DNA of 53,100 nt, the filler included, from Basidioascus undulatus (Eukaryota): NCBI GenBank assembly GCA_000826855.1. It is 3 parts of 3 records of this genome, joined end to end, with 100 filler letters (N's around TTAATTAATTAA, not from the genome) between each part and the next. Parts side by side here need not be neighbours in the genome. Positions count along the whole stretch, not along the records: positions 35,474 to 53,100 come from JTLS01000519.1; 2 more parts are not named here. One strand, written 5' to 3'. Position numbers and translations under genes: made by a program. Below are positions 49,601-53,100 of this stretch, piece after piece; position 1 is the stretch's first letter; every line of letters starts with the position of its first letter. The notes under the pieces are model-generated. The model was given only the letters and a program-made list of their open reading frames with translations, searched no databases and was not told where the DNA came from.

Positions 49601-50904
49601 TCAGTATGCCCCCCTCACGACATGCCTTCCCCAGTCTTTCTGTCCCGCCGGATGCGGAACAAGAAGCGCAGATGCTGTCACAGGACTGGGTCTGAGACTT
49701 CCCGTCACATCCGCTGCATGGAGATGTGTACATGTCGGAGGGAACGTACGTCCAGTAGTGTGGTATCGGCCCTCCTCTTGACACCCATAAATTTAGCTCA
49801 GCATCTCTGAAAAGCAGTATAAAAGCCTATTTCACATCCTATCATCCAGGTTCACCTGTCGTCAACATCGAGTACTGGAACTAGCATGTTGGGTGACGCA
49901 GATACATGGAAAGAGTAGCCTACCCACCTCAGACGTTGCATGGAGCCAGATTTTCTCAACTGAGTCTAGTGACAAGACTCTGCTTGGCAAATGCCCTGCT
50001 TAACCAAAGCTACAAGACCCTTAACTTTTCCTCAGGCTCTCGATCGGTTCATGAATGCGTAGATAATTGAACAGAAGTGTCTGGAAAGTCACAACACTTT
50101 CACAGATCAATTTTGTTCATTGTGCAGCTTGGCTTAGACGGACAAACGAAGGGAATCGCATATCCTCGGAGACGCAGCGCGTGGGGGAACCCGCGGAGGC
50201 AATGAGGTTTGCAAGTCGGGACGCGGGACGGCTGTGAGGACACTGCGCTGCTGAAGATGCCTTTTGGCACAGCTTGCCTCGAGACCGTGAGTCGTTCAGA
50301 AAAACATACAGTGTTTAAAAATGAATGCCGGTTTCCTTTTCCTTCGTGTGAAGCTGTGAGGTGAATTGAGACGCTGCGCAAAGGACTGGACGTGTCCAAA
50401 GCAGATGGGGGATGGAAATACAATATTTCTATTGAAAATACACAGGAGTACTACTCCACTGCTGTAGATGGCCGGAAGACGCGCGCACAACTCCTTGGGC
50501 CGTGACTTGCCATGCGTTCCCGACCCGTCGACCGCCACCCATAACCGTTGAACGATGTGTTCAGGCTGCGACAGAAGTCCCCCACATAGACGTGCGTGCA
50601 GGGTAGACTTTCGGGGACGGGGTGCGCAACACGAGTCCCTTCCTTCGGGCTTGAAAGTGCCCTTAAGCCTGCGCTTTCCAAGGATAACAGTAGCACACGC
50701 TCCCATCCGCATCCTCCCCCACCAACTACATACAGCGAATGGCTCCAATTCCACATTGATGTATCTGGGGGGTTGTACTCCGTGCCTTGTGATAGGTCGC
50801 GCTTACTCGCGCTCGCCGGTCGACTCGACTGGAGCTGCGCAACGCAGTACTAGGGTATCCCACAAAACTTCACATAACCCCCTCATTCCTGCCCTCTTCC
50901 ACTC

Positions 50905-51883
50905 CTACCCCCTCCTCCTCCCCACAGTCGGCGTCCAAGCCTGCGGCTCCCCACTCTCGGGCGGCCTAAACGCCGCCAACGGGCTCTGCCGCATCGCCTC
51001 GCGTCTCCGTTCCAGCTCCCTCTCCCTTACTTCCATCTCGTCCTCCGAGAATTTGCCTCCTTCCTTCTCCTCCTGCCCCTCTGCACCCGCCTTCGCCTCC
51101 TCCGCCCCCGGTCTCTCCGCGGGCGCGCGCAAAGTGTCAGGGACGACTTCCTCGGCCGGCCATTTTGCGGAGGGCGAGGGAGGCGCAGTGGGCACTTGGA
51201 GCGCTAGGCGTCGCGCTTTCTCTTCTGCGTATGCGATGGCGAGGCGCTCGGCGTTTGCGCGCGTGCGCGCAATGCGCAGGAGGTCGGCTTGGAGCTCCTG
51301 TGGGAGAGTCAGCTGAGAGGGAGGGGGGAGAAGAGCTTGGGACGGACTTCATGTGTGGGTGGATTCCGACGAGTGTGCGCAAGCCAGGCGGTCCATTGCA
51401 CTGCGTGGGTAAGGCGTGAAGAGAAGGGGTGGGGAGGGGCGAAGGGGAGGGGAGAAAGCGTACCGGGCAAGTCTTGACCGTAGTCAGAGAGGTACCGCTT
51501 CTCACGGTACGCGACGGAGCGCTTTGTCCGGCGCGGGTCTGATGCGGTGCTGTGTGCGTGAGTAGGAGCTGGAAGGGGAGGTGCGAGGGAAGCAGGGAGG
51601 CGAGGTACCGTCTGTGGTTGAGGGCTTCTCGTAGAAGCGGTTGCCTGGTGAACAGTTCTCGATAAGTTCAGAGATGAAGGGGCATAGGAAATGAACATAA
51701 AAGCACCCTGCAAATCCGTCCCCACCAGATACCTATCGGTCTACCCGCATCCCCACCACCCCAGCATAAGCCCCCGCTCCAGGCGTTGCCCTCGCCTTGC
51801 CCTCCCGAGCAAAGACGCACCGGCTTGGGGATCATGCGCCACAGCGCGGAGAGGACGCCTGCTCTTCTGGGAGTTGGTAGCAT
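50905..51883 (-). CDS. NDUFA12-family complex I assembly factor (NDUFAF2/mimitin-like)
   Basis: Spliced YLVGTDLQGNRFYEKP...DPRRTKRSV...LPVQWTAWLAHTRRNPPT.EELQADLLR...EPQAWTP. Confidence 0.85.
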
Positions 51884-52069
51884 GGCTCTGTGTATCGAAG
51901 GAGTGTAGGATTGGGTGAGGGTGGATGGCAAGAGCCAGGAGGAAGACAAGGCAAGGAAGGCAATGACGATCGGCGGGGGGGGGCGGGCGGTCTTCTCGCG
52001 CCGGCCCGACCGAGCCTGAAATCCGAGCGCGTCTTCTCTTTGCCATTTGCCTTCACCTCCTCACCCAAA

Positions 52070-53100
52070 ATGTTCGCCGCGCGCCAGATCCCGCGTCTAG
52101 CGGTATCAGTACCGCGCACAGCCACTCTCGCGCCAGCGCGGTACTTCACGCGCCCGCCCGCGCAGCCGGCAGACCTCGCCGAGGCGCGCTCGCTGCCGTA
52201 CCTCGCGCGGCCGCTGGGGGTGCCCGAGCGTCCGGAGCCGGACGCGGACGCGGAGCGCGGGCTGCGGGAACGGACGAAGGAGTTTTTCAGTGAGGAGCGG
52301 CAGGAGGAGCGGAAGCGGGCTATGTGAGTCCGCGGGCGAGAAGAGGAGGGGAGCGGTGCGGTGCTGAGGAGGGAGAGGAGGGGACAGGCTGAAGGAAGCG
52401 CATACGGGTTACTTTGCGGATCTGGCGACTATCCAGAAGCATGGTGGGAAGACGTGGATCGCCCCGCCGACGCTGATCCAGGAGCAGGTGCGCCGGTCTT
52501 CCCGTCTTCTCTGTTTGCGTGGAAGCCTCTGACATGGGCGACCCTGCAGCGCGCGCTCTACTTCCCTGATATCAAAGGCACGAAGCTCAAGGACGGCAAG
52601 ACGCAGCTGCATACGGCGGAGATGGTGCAGGGCAAGGTCAGCCTCGTCACCGTGCAGAGCACGACTATCGGCGATGTGCGTCTTCCCCCTTCCCTTCCCT
52701 CCTTCCTCTTCAGAGGCTGATATCCGGACGGAGGAAACCAGGAGCACGTGAAATCCTGGTCCAAGCCGATCCTCTCCGCGCACTCCTCGCATCCCTCCTT
52801 CCAATACATTCAAGTACCTCCCTCCCTTCCCCTCCCTCCCCTTCCCACTCACCCCTCCGCCCCTTCCCCGCAGATCAACTCCCAGCCCAACCCACTAAAG
52901 TCCTTCCTGCTCTCCCTCTTCTTCTCCTCCCTGCGGCGGGACGTGCCCCCCGCGCTGCAAGACACCTACCTCTTCAGCGCGCAGTCGCTCGAGTACCTCC
53001 GCCCCCATCTGGGAATGGACAACAAGTACGCGGGGTACGCGTATGTCGTTGACTCGGAGGGGCGCGTGCGGTGGGCGGGAGGGGGCTTTGCGGAGGAGGG
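52070..53100 (+). CDS. ATP10: Mitochondrial ATP synthase assembly factor Atp10 (3' end outside window)
   Basis: LARPLGVPERP, GYFADL...HGGKTWIAPP, ALYFPDIKG, GKVSLV, MDNKYAGYAYVVDSEGRVRWAGGG. Confidence 0.93.

Noticed and set aside
50555..51316. 253-aa + strand ORF
   Set aside because: Largely antisense to the last exon of the NDUFAF2-like gene; no motifs.

Overview
Eukaryotic, very intron-rich fungal DNA. Short GT-AG and occasional GC-AG introns with CTRAC branch points, many micro-exons and GC-rich codons point to a basidiomycete, probably Pucciniomycotina-like (inference). Two 100-nt N-gaps carrying an artificial TTAATTAATTAA linker (17639-17738, 35374-35473) split the window into three contigs, so adjacency across them is unproven. 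Apparently intact genes: a coiled-coil hypothetical protein, a START-domain protein, a secreted GH31 alpha-glucosidase, an intronless cupin, RPS12, an Spt21/Ams2-like regulator, a sarcosine-oxidase-family flavoenzyme, a divergent CaMK-like kinase, pyruvate dehydrogenase kinase, a GPI-anchored Kre9/Knh1-like protein, LTA4 hydrolase/M1 aminopeptidase, and a head-to-head NDUFAF2-like/ATP10 pair. Most striking is a series of accessory genes disabled by frameshifts or micro-duplications: an alkenal reductase, a divergent 2OG-Fe(II) dioxygenase + MFS permease pair, two F-box-like genes and a secreted PAN/apple-like gene. Two degenerate ~35-bp-period repeat arrays lie in intergenic DNA. I found no unambiguous new biological system. 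Exon structures were read by eye and gene limits span introns.
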